The notes under the pieces: generated by a model | What the model saw: the letters and a program-made list of their open reading frames with translations, nothing else | Told to the model about the DNA's origin: nothing | Database searches by the model: none | Position numbers and translations under genes: made by a program | Part shown: positions 19,218 through 28,208 of the stretch, in pieces | Numbering within the stretch: position 1 is the first letter of the stretch | Layout: each line of letters opens with the position of its first letter | From: Acidobacteriota bacterium | GTDB taxonomy: Bacteria; Acidobacteriota; Vicinamibacteria; Fen-336 | DNA length: 64,000 nt | NCBI GenBank assembly: GCA_003223555.1 | Contig: QHVM01000023.1 | Location: 1,912 to 65,911 of the forward strand | Direction of reading: 5' to 3'

Positions 19218-20293
19218 CGCAGGAACTCGCCCTCCTCCCGCGCGCCCTGCTCCGGCATGAGGGAATGGCGCTCGAGGAGGGTCCGGATCTCGTCCGGGGT
19301 CATCAGCGAATCGGCGGAGCTGTACTCCTTCTCGAGCCGCGGGCCGCTCACGCTCTCCGCCTGCAGCTCGGGTTGGATGGGCTGGATCGCGTAGTAGTCG
19401 CCGAGGTCCACCGTCCGCGCGGCCTCCTCCTCGGAGACGAGGATCTCGTGGATCTTCTCTCCGGGGCGGATCCCGGTGCGCACGATCTCGATCGTCCGGC
19501 GGCCGATGAGCGCATTCGCCACGTCCACGATCCGGGCGGCGGGGATCTTGGGGACGTAGGTCTCGCCGGCCCGGGCCCGGGCGATCGCGGCCGCGATCAG
19601 CTCCACCGCCGTGCCCAGGGACAGGAGGAACCGGGTCATCCCGTCGGTGGTGATGGTGACGGGGCCGCCGTTGCGGATCTGCTCGTGGAACAGCGGGATG
19701 ACCGACCCCCGGGAGGCGAGGACGTTCCCGTAGCGGACGCAGATGAAGCGGGTGGCGGGGACGGTCAAGTTGGCGCCGACGAAGATCCGCTCCTGCAGCG
19801 CCTTCGTCATCCCCATGACGTTCACCGCCTTGCACGCCTTGTCCGTCGACACGCCCACCACCGTCCCCACCTCGACCCGGCCGTCGCGCACCGCGCGGAC
19901 GATGTTCTCCGCTCCGACCACGTTGGTCTGCACCGCCTCGAACGGGAAGTACTCGCAGGAGGGGACCTGCTTCAGCGCGGCGGCGTTGACGACGATGTCG
20001 GCTCCGTCCATGGCCGAGCAGACCGCATGGTAGTCCCGCACGTCGCCGATCCTGAACTCCACCAGCCGCTCGAAGTCGTGATAGATGACCTCGTCGGTGG
20101 CCTTCGTCTTGTGCAGGTACTCCAGCCGCATGAAGTGCTGCTTGGCCTCGTCCCGCGAGAAGATCCGGATCTTGCCCGGGCGATCGTCCGGGCGGGCGAG
20201 CAGCCAGCGGGTGAGCACCTTGCCGAGCGACCCCGTCCCCCCGGTGATGAGGATCGTCTTTCCCTTCAGCGTCGCCGGTCCGCCCGCCGTCAT
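19214..20293 (-). CDS. UDP-GlcNAc 4,6-dehydratase (Polysacc_synt_2; CapD/PseB/FnlA/WbvB-like)
   Basis: KTILITGGTGSLGK...DVRDYHAV...VVNAAALKQVP...MGMTKAL...; ATGA overlaps at both ends. Confidence 0.85.
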   Translation of the reverse strand: MTAGGPATLKGKTILITGGTGSLGKVLTRWLLARPDDRPGKIRIFSRDEAKQHFMRLEYLHKTKATDEVIYHDFERLVEFRIGDVRDYHAVCSAMDGADIVVNAAALKQVPSCEYFPFEAVQTNVVGAENIVRAVRDGRVEVGTVVGVSTDKACKAVNVMGMTKALQERIFVGANLTVPATRFICVRYGNVLASRGSVIPLFHEQIRNGGPVTITTDGMTRFLLSLGTAVELIAAAIARARAGETYVPKIPAARIVDVANALIGRRTIEIVRTGIRPGEKIHEILVSEEEAARTVDLGDYYAIQPIQPELQAESVSGPRLEKEYSSADSLMTPDEIRTLLERHSLMPEQGAREEGEFLR

Positions 20294-21186
20294 CCCTGGA
20301 GCCCCCGTTCCCGGTAACAGGGCGAGGACTCGAAGTGGGCGTGCATGAGTCCGATCAGCTCCGCCCAGGCGGGGGGCTCGTAACCGGTCGCTTCACGAAA
20401 GCGCGACGAGTCGAGGGTCCGGTCGATGCGGCAGCCGTCATCCGGCACGATCTCGATCCCGTGGCCATATTGGCCGGCAATCAGCCGGAGCAGATCGCAC
20501 TTCGACACGGGGCTCGACGAGACGTGGTAGACGCCGCGCATGTCGATCCGCGCCAGGACGTGCTCGTCGATGATGCGCGCCAGCTCCACGCTGGGAAACC
20601 CCGAGAAGATCGCCCCGGTGAAGCCCCGGACCGGCCCGGGCTGGGAGAGGAACCACTCTACGAGGCCGTACCGGTCGCGCAGCTCGTGACCGATGAAAGA
20701 CGTCCGGAGCGTGATGCCGTCAGCGGCCGCGAGCTCACCCAGGACCTTCGTGCGTCCGTAGAGATCGACGGCATCGGGAATATCGTTCTCAGTATACTTC
20801 CCGGCCGCGCCGTCGAAGACGCAGTCGGTGCTGACGTGCACCAGGCGGCCCCCCACCGCCGCGCACAGGCGAGCCAGCTGGTGGGGAAACAGCGCATTGA
20901 GGCTGATCGCGGCCACCGGGTCGGCCGCCGAAGGCCTCTGCTTGACGAGGCCGATGCAGTTGACCACGACGTCGGGCCGGAAGGACTCGAGGACCGCGGC
21001 CACGGTCTGGATGCGCTCGGCATCGACTCCGGGGACGACCTGCTCGCGGAGAGCACGGGGAAGCAGACGGTCCAACCCGTCCTCGGCGCGGGCCGTCGCC
21101 CGGACGTCGTGACGTCCACCCTGGTGGAGGCGCTCGAGTAGGACGTGTCCGAGCATTCCGGTCGCGCCCAGGACGAGGACCCTCAT
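20290..21186 (-). CDS. RmlD-like SDR reductase (dTDP-4-dehydrorhamnose reductase family; WbvR-like)
   Basis: MRVLVLGATGMLGHVL...VVNCIGLVK...YGRTKVLGE; starts at the ATG at 21186 (ATGA overlap); upstream part of the ORF is junk. Confidence 0.75.
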   Translation of the reverse strand: MRVLVLGATGMLGHVLLERLHQGGRHDVRATARAEDGLDRLLPRALREQVVPGVDAERIQTVAAVLESFRPDVVVNCIGLVKQRPSAADPVAAISLNALFPHQLARLCAAVGGRLVHVSTDCVFDGAAGKYTENDIPDAVDLYGRTKVLGELAAADGITLRTSFIGHELRDRYGLVEWFLSQPGPVRGFTGAIFSGFPSVELARIIDEHVLARIDMRGVYHVSSSPVSKCDLLRLIAGQYGHGIEIVPDDGCRIDRTLDSSRFREATGYEPPAWAELIGLMHAHFESSPCYRERGLQG

Positions 21187-21863
21187 CCCCGGCGCCTTTC
21201 CGCGGCGGCATAGAGGCGGCCGACCACGCGCTGGAACTGCCGCAAGACGAAGGACGCCATCCGACCCGGACGGCCGGGATCCGCCACGGTCTTGATGGCC
21301 CAGAGGGCCCCGAAGGCCTCTTCGAGGGGACGCCCCATGTTGTCCGCGATATGGAAGGCCCGGGCGGCGTAGATCTGCCAGGACGAGTCGAAGTCTTCGG
21401 GTCCCCACCCCGACCGGTGCTCCTGCCAACGTCCTCCGTCGAGCCCCCAGGCGTCCTTGCCGTCCGGATGATGCTGGGGCAGGAAGCCGAGGGGCGTGAA
21501 GATCACGACCTGGCGTCTCACCAGCGGCTCGGTGGCCGCGAGCAGCCGGCGTGCCTCCTCCTTCTCCAGGTGCTCGATGACGTCCACCAGGAAAACCGTG
21601 TCCACGGACCGCGGAGGGAACAGCTCGAGGGCCTGGGCCCACGTCGCCTTCAGCACGACGAAGGTCCGGTCCTGGCGGCAGCGGACCTTGCCCTGGAGGA
21701 CCTCGACGTACTGCTCGAAGGGCTCGCAGCAGATGTGCACGAGCGGGCGCAGGTACGGCTGGGGCATGATCCCGCAGCCGATGTCCAGGACGACCGGCAC
21801 CGGCTCGAGGGCCTTGCGCAAGGCGGGCAGCATCTCCTCGGCGGTCAGCCAGGTCAGGCCCAC
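21183..21863 (-). CDS. class I SAM-dependent methyltransferase
   Basis: VLDIGCGIMP ... VDTVFLVDVIEHL; lies immediately downstream of wzt. Confidence 0.6.
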   Translation of the reverse strand: MGLTWLTAEEMLPALRKALEPVPVVLDIGCGIMPQPYLRPLVHICCEPFEQYVEVLQGKVRCRQDRTFVVLKATWAQALELFPPRSVDTVFLVDVIEHLEKEEARRLLAATEPLVRRQVVIFTPLGFLPQHHPDGKDAWGLDGGRWQEHRSGWGPEDFDSSWQIYAARAFHIADNMGRPLEEAFGALWAIKTVADPGRPGRMASFVLRQFQRVVGRLYAAAERRRG

Positions 21864-21897
21864 GCGGGTTCCCGACGGCGGCCGGGGCCGCGAGCCC

Positions 21898-23169
21898 TCA
21901 CCGGGACACCGTCCGCCACTCGAGCAGGGGCCTGACCACGCCGCCGAAGCGGCCGAAGTAGTCCTTCCGCACCGCGGGGCTGTCGAGCACCTCGATCCTC
22001 AGGACGTCGCGGGTCATGGTCCCGTCCACGAACCCCTTGCCGAAGAGGTTGACGGCCAGGCTGAACCAGCCGTCGTTCAGGAAGTTCGCGGGGACGCGGC
22101 AGGAGCTACGGTACTCCCCGGACGGCATCGGACGACCGTACCAGCACGATTCGTGGTTGTTGATGGAGGAGAACACGATGTTCTGCTCGTCGTCGAAGAG
22201 GATCGCCGTCAGTCCCACGTAGGTCCCGGGAGTCGTGACCCGGAAGTCGATGTCCACGTCGAAAGCGGTGTCGGTATGGACCTGGGACAGCGCTTCTCCG
22301 TCCACGCCGCGGAGGGTGATCCGGGAGAGGATCGCGGAGGCGTTCCGGGGGGCCGCCCGCTCATCCGGCCATTCGCGGGACAGGACGGCGGTGCCGGCCT
22401 CGCCCAAGTACCGGGAGACGACCTCGCTGGCCGACCCCGCGGCGACCAGCGAGCCGCCCCGGAGAAGCAGCGCCCGGTCGCACAGCGTCCGCACCGCGCT
22501 CATGTTGTGGCTCACGAACAGCACGGTCCGCCCTTCGCGCCCCACCGATTCCATCCGACCCAGGCACTTCCGCTGGAACGCCGCGTCCCCGACCGCCAGG
22601 ACCTCGTCCACCACCAGGATGTCCGGCTCCAGGTGCGCGGCCACCGCGAAGGCCAGCCGCACGTACATGCCCGAGGAGTACCTCTTGACCGGCGTGTCCA
22701 GGAAGCGCTCGACCTCCGCGAAGGCGACGATCTCGTCGAAGCGTCTCTTGATGTCCGCCCGCCGCATGCCCAGGATGGCGCCGTTCAAGAAGATGTTCTC
22801 CCGGCCCGTCAGCTCCGGATGAAAGCCGGTCCCCACCTCGAGCAGGCTGGCCAGGCGGCCGCGCAGGGTCAGCCGCCCTTCCGAGGGCTCCGTGATGCGG
22901 CTCATGAGCTTGAGCAGCGTGGACTTGCCGGCTCCGTTGGGCCCGATGATGCCGATGCGCTCGCCCGGCGCGACGTGGAACGAGACCTTCTCGAGGGCGT
23001 AGAACTCCTCGCGTCCCGCCATCCCCCGGTCGAGCCTCCGCCCCCGCAGCCTCGCCGCCAGCCGCCGCGCGCGCACGGCCAGATCGTCCCGCAGCGTGAG
23101 GTAGCGCTCGGGATGCTGGTGGCGCAGGACGTATTTCTTAGAGAGCTTCTCGGCGATGATCGCGGACAT
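21898..23169 (-). CDS. wzt: polysaccharide ABC transporter ATP-binding protein (Wzt-like) with C-terminal glycan-binding extension
   Basis: GIIGPNGAGKSTLLK (Walker A), YSSGMYVRLAFA (signature), ILVVDEVL (Walker B), plus a ~180-aa C-terminal beta-rich domain; start taken at MSAIIAEKL. Confidence 0.85.
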   Translation of the reverse strand: MSAIIAEKLSKKYVLRHQHPERYLTLRDDLAVRARRLAARLRGRRLDRGMAGREEFYALEKVSFHVAPGERIGIIGPNGAGKSTLLKLMSRITEPSEGRLTLRGRLASLLEVGTGFHPELTGRENIFLNGAILGMRRADIKRRFDEIVAFAEVERFLDTPVKRYSSGMYVRLAFAVAAHLEPDILVVDEVLAVGDAAFQRKCLGRMESVGREGRTVLFVSHNMSAVRTLCDRALLLRGGSLVAAGSASEVVSRYLGEAGTAVLSREWPDERAAPRNASAILSRITLRGVDGEALSQVHTDTAFDVDIDFRVTTPGTYVGLTAILFDDEQNIVFSSINNHESCWYGRPMPSGEYRSSCRVPANFLNDGWFSLAVNLFGKGFVDGTMTRDVLRIEVLDSPAVRKDYFGRFGGVVRPLLEWRTVSR

Positions 23170-23229
23170 GGAATCGGGGCGGGCACGGCAACGCCGAGCG
23201 GGGGGCATCTTGCGGTCGCCCGGCCGCGA

Positions 23230-24099
23230 TCAGATCACGTCCGCGAAGCTCCGCTCGGCCTTCCGGAAATACCATAGCCCGGAGATCACCAGGAGGGCCA
23301 CCACCGTCGCCGCCAGGAAGAGGCCGCTCCAGTATAGCGTAAACGCCCGGCCGAGGATCGCCCACCGGAAGCCGTCGATCACGCCCACCAGCGGGTTGAG
23401 CGAGTAGAGCAGGCGCCAGCGCGCCGGGACCACGTCGCTCGAGAACCCGACCGGCGAGACGTAGAGCCCGAACTGCACCACGAAGGGAACGATGTACGTG
23501 AAGTCGCGGTACTTCACCGTCAGGGCCGAGAACCAGAGTCCGCCGCCCACCGCGGTCGCCGCGGCCAGCAGCACGAAAAGGGGCAGGGCGGCCAGCCGCA
23601 CGGTCGGCAGCACTCCGTACCAGGCCATCAGGCCGGCGAGCAGCGCCAGCGACATCAGGAAGTCGACGAAGCTCACCACGACGGCGCCGATGGGTATCAC
23701 CATCCGGGGGAAGAACACCTTCGAGACCATGGACGCGTTGGCGAGCAGGCTGGCGCTGCTGCCGGCCAGGGCGCTGGCGAAGAACTGCCAGGGCAGTAGG
23801 GCGGCGAAGACGAGGACCGGGTACGGCACCCCGTTCGACGGCAGCCTGGCGATGCGGCCGAAGACGACGGTGAAGACGAGCATGGTGGCCAGCGGGCGCA
23901 CGAGGGCCCATGCCACGCCGATGGCGGCCTGCTTGTACTGGACCGTGACGTCCCGCCAGGCCAGGAAGTAGAACAGCTCCCGGTAGCGCCAGAGATCTCT
24001 CAGGTACTGGCCGGCCGGTCGACCGGCCTCGATCACGAGCAGCTCTGTGGGCGCCTCCGGCGAGGCGGTCCGGCCGGTCGCCTCGGCGGGCGCCGCCAC
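23230..24099 (-). CDS. wzm: ABC-2 type polysaccharide exporter permease (Wzm-like)
   Basis: ...YLRDLWRYRELFYFLAWRDVTVQYKQAAIGVAWALVRPL... plus 6 TM segments; GTG start at 24099 (an alternative GTG lies at 24036). Confidence 0.75.
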   Translation of the reverse strand: MAAPAEATGRTASPEAPTELLVIEAGRPAGQYLRDLWRYRELFYFLAWRDVTVQYKQAAIGVAWALVRPLATMLVFTVVFGRIARLPSNGVPYPVLVFAALLPWQFFASALAGSSASLLANASMVSKVFFPRMVIPIGAVVVSFVDFLMSLALLAGLMAWYGVLPTVRLAALPLFVLLAAATAVGGGLWFSALTVKYRDFTYIVPFVVQFGLYVSPVGFSSDVVPARWRLLYSLNPLVGVIDGFRWAILGRAFTLYWSGLFLAATVVALLVISGLWYFRKAERSFADVI

Positions 24100-24101
24100 G
24101 G

Positions 24102-25127
24102 CTAGCTCACCGAGGGCGGCGGAGGGGCCGGATCGCTCACGTCGATCGCCGAGGCTCGTCCGCCGGCGAGCCGGGCGAGCCGCTGCGCCACCCGCAACAG
24201 GCGGTCGAGGAGCGGCGAGTTGAGGCGGCGCGCCCGGACCTGGAGCGCTCGCGCCCATCCGGCATCCGGCACGGCGAGGGCGTTGCGAAAGGCCTCGTCG
24301 GCATAGGTGTGCGCGCCGAAGCTCCGGTAGAGGTCGCCCATCCAGATCCAGGCGTCGGCCGGCCCGGTTCCGCCGTCCGCCAGGCCCGGGAAGAAGCCCC
24401 GCACCGACAGGTGGTCGTGGACGACGTCCATGAGGAGGCGAATGTCCCGGCGGACCTGTCCGGCCTCGGTCTCCGTGCCGCGCGCCGGATGGACCCGCTT
24501 GAATGTGACCGCCCGCGGGCTCAGGAGGAAGGGGAATGCCGCCGACAGGCGCAGCGTCATCTCCACGTCCTGGGTCGTCCGGTTGGCCTCGTTGAACGGG
24601 CCCACGCGCGCGAAGCAGGACCGGTGGATGGTCATCGCGCACATGTCGACGCCCCCCAGACGCAGCGCGTCCCGCGGGTTCGTGACCCGGTCGACCGGGT
24701 AGACCGGCTCCCGGATGACGTTTCCCGCGCCGTCGATGACCTTGATCGGGCAGAACAACACGCGGGCCTCGGGCCGTTCCGCCGCGGCGATCATGTCCTG
24801 CTCGATGCGGTCGGCAGCGAACCGGTCGTCGTGGCTCAGCCAGGCGAACCACTCGCCGGTCATCTCCCGCAGCCCGTGGTTCAGCGCGGTGGACACGCCG
24901 CCGTTGGGCTTCCGGAAGCGGCGGACCCGGTCGCCGTACGACCGGATGATGGCGTCGGTCCGGCCTCCGTCGTCGGATCCGTCGTCGACGACGATGACCT
25001 CGGTGCGCCCGTAGGTCTGCTGCAGCGCGCTGTCGACCGCCTCGCGCAGGTAGTTCGAGCCGTTGTACACCGGGATCACGATCGACACGACCGGCGATCG
25101 CGACGAGGCGCGGGCGCCGCCCGTCAC
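24102..25127 (-). CDS. family 2 glycosyltransferase
   Basis: PVVSIVIPVYNGSNYLREAVDSALQQTY...EVIVVDDGSDDG; GTG start in a GTGA overlap. Confidence 0.75.
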   Translation of the reverse strand: MTGGARASSRSPVVSIVIPVYNGSNYLREAVDSALQQTYGRTEVIVVDDGSDDGGRTDAIIRSYGDRVRRFRKPNGGVSTALNHGLREMTGEWFAWLSHDDRFAADRIEQDMIAAAERPEARVLFCPIKVIDGAGNVIREPVYPVDRVTNPRDALRLGGVDMCAMTIHRSCFARVGPFNEANRTTQDVEMTLRLSAAFPFLLSPRAVTFKRVHPARGTETEAGQVRRDIRLLMDVVHDHLSVRGFFPGLADGGTGPADAWIWMGDLYRSFGAHTYADEAFRNALAVPDAGWARALQVRARRLNSPLLDRLLRVAQRLARLAGGRASAIDVSDPAPPPPSVS

Positions 25128-25780
25128 TTCACTCCCTGGGCGTAGAGTGACTCGTAGCGGCGCTCCGGCTGATCCAGGGCGGGGTCGAAGGGCCGCAGGC
25201 GCACCTCCCTGAGGCCGATCTGCCCGAGCAGGGCCAGGATGCTCTCCTCGTCGAACATGTGGCGGTGCTCGCCGTCCATGTAGAACATGTAGTTCACGTA
25301 GTCGATCGGCGTACGGAGCGACAGCCCCGTGTCGTAGGTGCAGTAGGTCCGGGCGTCGAACGTCTCCGGGTGGGCATAGGCCTCGAGGTAGATCCTCGCG
25401 TTGGGGACGGCCAGGCTGAAGACCCCGTTCGGCTTGAGCGTCCGGTAGCAATCCCGCAGGAGCGCCACGAGGTCGGGGTACCGGAAGTGCTCCAGGACGT
25501 GCTCGGAATAGATGAGGTCGAGCGACTCGTCGGGGAAGGGCAGGCCCAGGCGCAGATCATAGGGGAAGTCGGTGCGGAAGCTGAGGTCGGAGGTGATGAA
25601 GCCCTCCTTGGTCTTGACCCCTCCGGGGCCGATCTCCAGCCGGTTGACCCGGCGCTTGTCGAAGAAAAGCCGGGCCTTGACGAGCCCGACCAGGGAGCAG
25701 AGGTGGGTCCGGGCTTCCGCCCGAACGAGGGCGCAGCTCTCGCGAAGCCGGCCGGGATACCGGGAACGCATCTGGACCGT
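25124..25780 (-). CDS. class I SAM-dependent methyltransferase; first gene of the long operon
   Basis: ...LEIGPGG...LIYSEHVLEHF...LKPNGVFSLAVP; begins at MRSRYPGRL; the preceding ~525 aa of ORF is antisense junk of asnB2. Confidence 0.65.
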   Translation of the reverse strand, partial: TVQMRSRYPGRLRESCALVRAEARTHLCSLVGLVKARLFFDKRRVNRLEIGPGGVKTKEGFITSDLSFRTDFPYDLRLGLPFPDESLDLIYSEHVLEHFRYPDLVALLRDCYRTLKPNGVFSLAVPNARIYLEAYAHPETFDARTYCTYDTGLSLRTPIDYVNYMFYMDGEHRHMFDEESILALLGQIGLREVRLRPFDPALDQPERRYESLYAQGVK

Positions 25781-25879
25781 TCCTGCCGCCGCTGGCGCCG
25801 GCACGATTGTCCTAGAATAGCGTTTCGTCGTCCAACGCGGGAACGGCGCGGATGCCGTGCTCGCCCGGGGCCCCTGCGC

Positions 25880-27751
25880 ATGTGCGGCATCTTCGGCTTC
25901 GTCGGCCACCTCTCGGCGGACCTCGCCTCCGCGTGCGTCGACTCTCTCGCCCACCGCGGCCCCGACGGGCGCGGGCTCTGGCGGACACCGGAGGTCACGC
26001 TCGGCCATCGACGCCTGGCCATCCTCGATCCGTCGCCCCGGGGCGAGCAGCCCATGTCCTTCCTGGACGGGCGATACCGGATCACGCTGAACGGCGAGAT
26101 CTACAACTTCCTCGAGCTGCGCGAGGAGTTGCGGGACCGGTACTCGTTCCAGAGCGAGTCGGACACCGAGGTCCTCCTCGCCGCCTTCGCCCGGTGGGGG
26201 CCCGCCGGCCTGGACCGGTTGAACGGGATGTGGGCCTTCGCCGTCTGGGACGACGACGAGAAGCGCCTCTTCCTCGCCCGGGACCGGTTCGGCAAGAAGC
26301 CGCTCTTCCACGTCCGGGTGGCGGACGGGTTCGCGTTCGCCTCCGAGATGAAGGCGCTCTTCCCCCTGCTCGATCAGGTTCGGCCCAACGTTTCGCTGGT
26401 CCGGGACACGGCCCGCCTCATGCAGTACGAGTCCACCCGCGAGTGCGTCATCGAGGGGATCGAGCGCCTGCCCGCCGGCCACTACGCGTGGTTCGGCGAC
26501 GGCCGCCTGGAGACGCGGCGCTGGTGGTGCACGCTGGATCACCTGCCGCGGGTCCCCGGCCGCTTCGAGGAGCAGGGGGAGCAGCTCCGCGGCCTCCTCC
26601 TGGACGCCTGCCGGCTGCGGATGCGCAGCGACGTCCCCCTCGGGACGGCCCTCAGCGGAGGGCTGGACTCGAGCGCCGTCGCTTCCGGCATGAGCCACGC
26701 CGCCCGCCGCGCCGGCACGGAGCGGGTGCACCGGCGCTGCCAGCATGCCTTCGTGGCCTCGTTCCCCGGTACTTCCCTGGACGAGGTGCCCTACGCGCGC
26801 GCGGTGGCGGAGTACCTCGGCATCGAGCTGACGGTGGTCGAGGTGGATCCCCGGACCGCCCTCGACCGGCTGGACGACTTCCTCTACCGCTTCGAGGACC
26901 TCTACCTCACGAGCCCGATCCCGTTCATGCTGACCTACGAGGCGATCAAGGCCCGCGGCATCAGCGTCACCCTGGACGGCCACGGCGCCGACGAGCTCTT
27001 CGGCGGGTATCGCTTCGACTTCCTGAGGGCCCTCGGCGACGCGGGCTGGAACCTCGTGCAGGCGCGGCAGGTCCTGGACGCCTACTACGACAGCCAGCCC
27101 GCCGACAGCGTCCAATATGCCCGCCTCCCCGGGAAGCTTCCCTTCCTCGCCCGATGGCACGCCCGGAGGCTGGCCCGAAGGCTGCTGGGAGGCGCGGAGC
27201 AGGCGCGGGACCGCGACCATCCGGCCTGGCGGTCGCTCGACGAGCTGACGCGCGTGCTCTACGTCTCGGCTCACGAGACCGTGCTGCCGACCCTGCTCCG
27301 CAACTACGACCGTTACAGCATGGCGAGCGGGGTGGAGATCCGGATGCCCTTCCTCGACCACCGCATTGCGGCCTTCGCCTTTGCTCTGCCCTGGGACTCG
27401 AAGCTGCGCCGGGGGTACTCGAAGGCCGTGGTCCGGGAGGCGGTGGCGCCGATGCTGCCCCCGCTGATCGCCTATCGCAAGACGAAGATCGGGTTCAACT
27501 CGCCGACGGTGGACTGGATCAAGGGCCCGCTGCGCCAGTTCATGCTCGACACGCTGGCTGCCCGCTCATTCCGCTCGTGCCCGCTCATCGATCCGGAGGA
27601 GACGGCCCGGGAGATCATGGGCGTGATCACCGACCCGCAGGCGACCTTCCAGCGGGGCGAGCGCGCCTGGACGCTCCTCGCCCCCTATCTCTGGGAGCAA
27701 TCGGTCGTCAGGCGGGCCCGCGAAGCGCGATTGCAGTCGCTGCCCGCCTGA
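25880..27751 (+). CDS. asnB: asparagine synthase (glutamine-hydrolysing) family amidotransferase, second copy
   Basis: MCGIFGFVGH (Cys nucleophile) ... LSGGLDSSAVAS ... full-length; divergent from the 25780 operon. Confidence 0.85.
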   Translation: MCGIFGFVGHLSADLASACVDSLAHRGPDGRGLWRTPEVTLGHRRLAILDPSPRGEQPMSFLDGRYRITLNGEIYNFLELREELRDRYSFQSESDTEVLLAAFARWGPAGLDRLNGMWAFAVWDDDEKRLFLARDRFGKKPLFHVRVADGFAFASEMKALFPLLDQVRPNVSLVRDTARLMQYESTRECVIEGIERLPAGHYAWFGDGRLETRRWWCTLDHLPRVPGRFEEQGEQLRGLLLDACRLRMRSDVPLGTALSGGLDSSAVASGMSHAARRAGTERVHRRCQHAFVASFPGTSLDEVPYARAVAEYLGIELTVVEVDPRTALDRLDDFLYRFEDLYLTSPIPFMLTYEAIKARGISVTLDGHGADELFGGYRFDFLRALGDAGWNLVQARQVLDAYYDSQPADSVQYARLPGKLPFLARWHARRLARRLLGGAEQARDRDHPAWRSLDELTRVLYVSAHETVLPTLLRNYDRYSMASGVEIRMPFLDHRIAAFAFALPWDSKLRRGYSKAVVREAVAPMLPPLIAYRKTKIGFNSPTVDWIKGPLRQFMLDTLAARSFRSCPLIDPEETAREIMGVITDPQATFQRGERAWTLLAPYLWEQSVVRRAREARLQSLPA

Positions 27752-27761
27752 GGCCCGGCCT

Positions 27762-28208
27762 TCAGCCGGCGGAGCGGACCACCCGCGCCGGCACCCCGAC
27801 CACCGTGCAGCCGGGCGGAACGGACTCGAGCACGACCGCGTTGGCCCCCACGTCGGCCCGCGCCCCGATCTCGAGCCGGCCCGAGGCGATGATCTTGGCC
27901 CCCGCGCCGAGCTGCGCCCCCTCGCCGATCACGATCTCGTCCAGGTCCACCGGCTCGCGGTGGCGCACGTTCTGCCCGATGACCACCTGGGGATGGATCA
28001 TGACGTCGTCGCCGATGACGGTCCGGGGGTGCACGATCACCCCTGCGCCGTGGTGCTGGAAACGGACTCCCCGGCCGATGCGCACGCTGCCGGGGAGGTC
28101 GCATCCGGTGAGGAAGTAGTTCCAGCGCTGCAGTAGCCCCGGCAGCAGCCGGACCCGGCGCAGGTGCAGCCAGCGGGCCAGCCGGTGGATCTTCTGCGGG
28201 TCGATCAC
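27762..28208 (-). CDS. hexapeptide-repeat acetyltransferase (serine O-acetyltransferase / WcaB-like)
   Basis: ...IHPRTVIGDDVMIHPQVVIGQN...IGEGAQLGAGAKIIAS...GANAVVLESVPPGCTVVGVPARVV; GTG start in a GTGA overlap. Confidence 0.7.
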   Translation of the reverse strand: MIDPQKIHRLARWLHLRRVRLLPGLLQRWNYFLTGCDLPGSVRIGRGVRFQHHGAGVIVHPRTVIGDDVMIHPQVVIGQNVRHREPVDLDEIVIGEGAQLGAGAKIIASGRLEIGARADVGANAVVLESVPPGCTVVGVPARVVRSAG

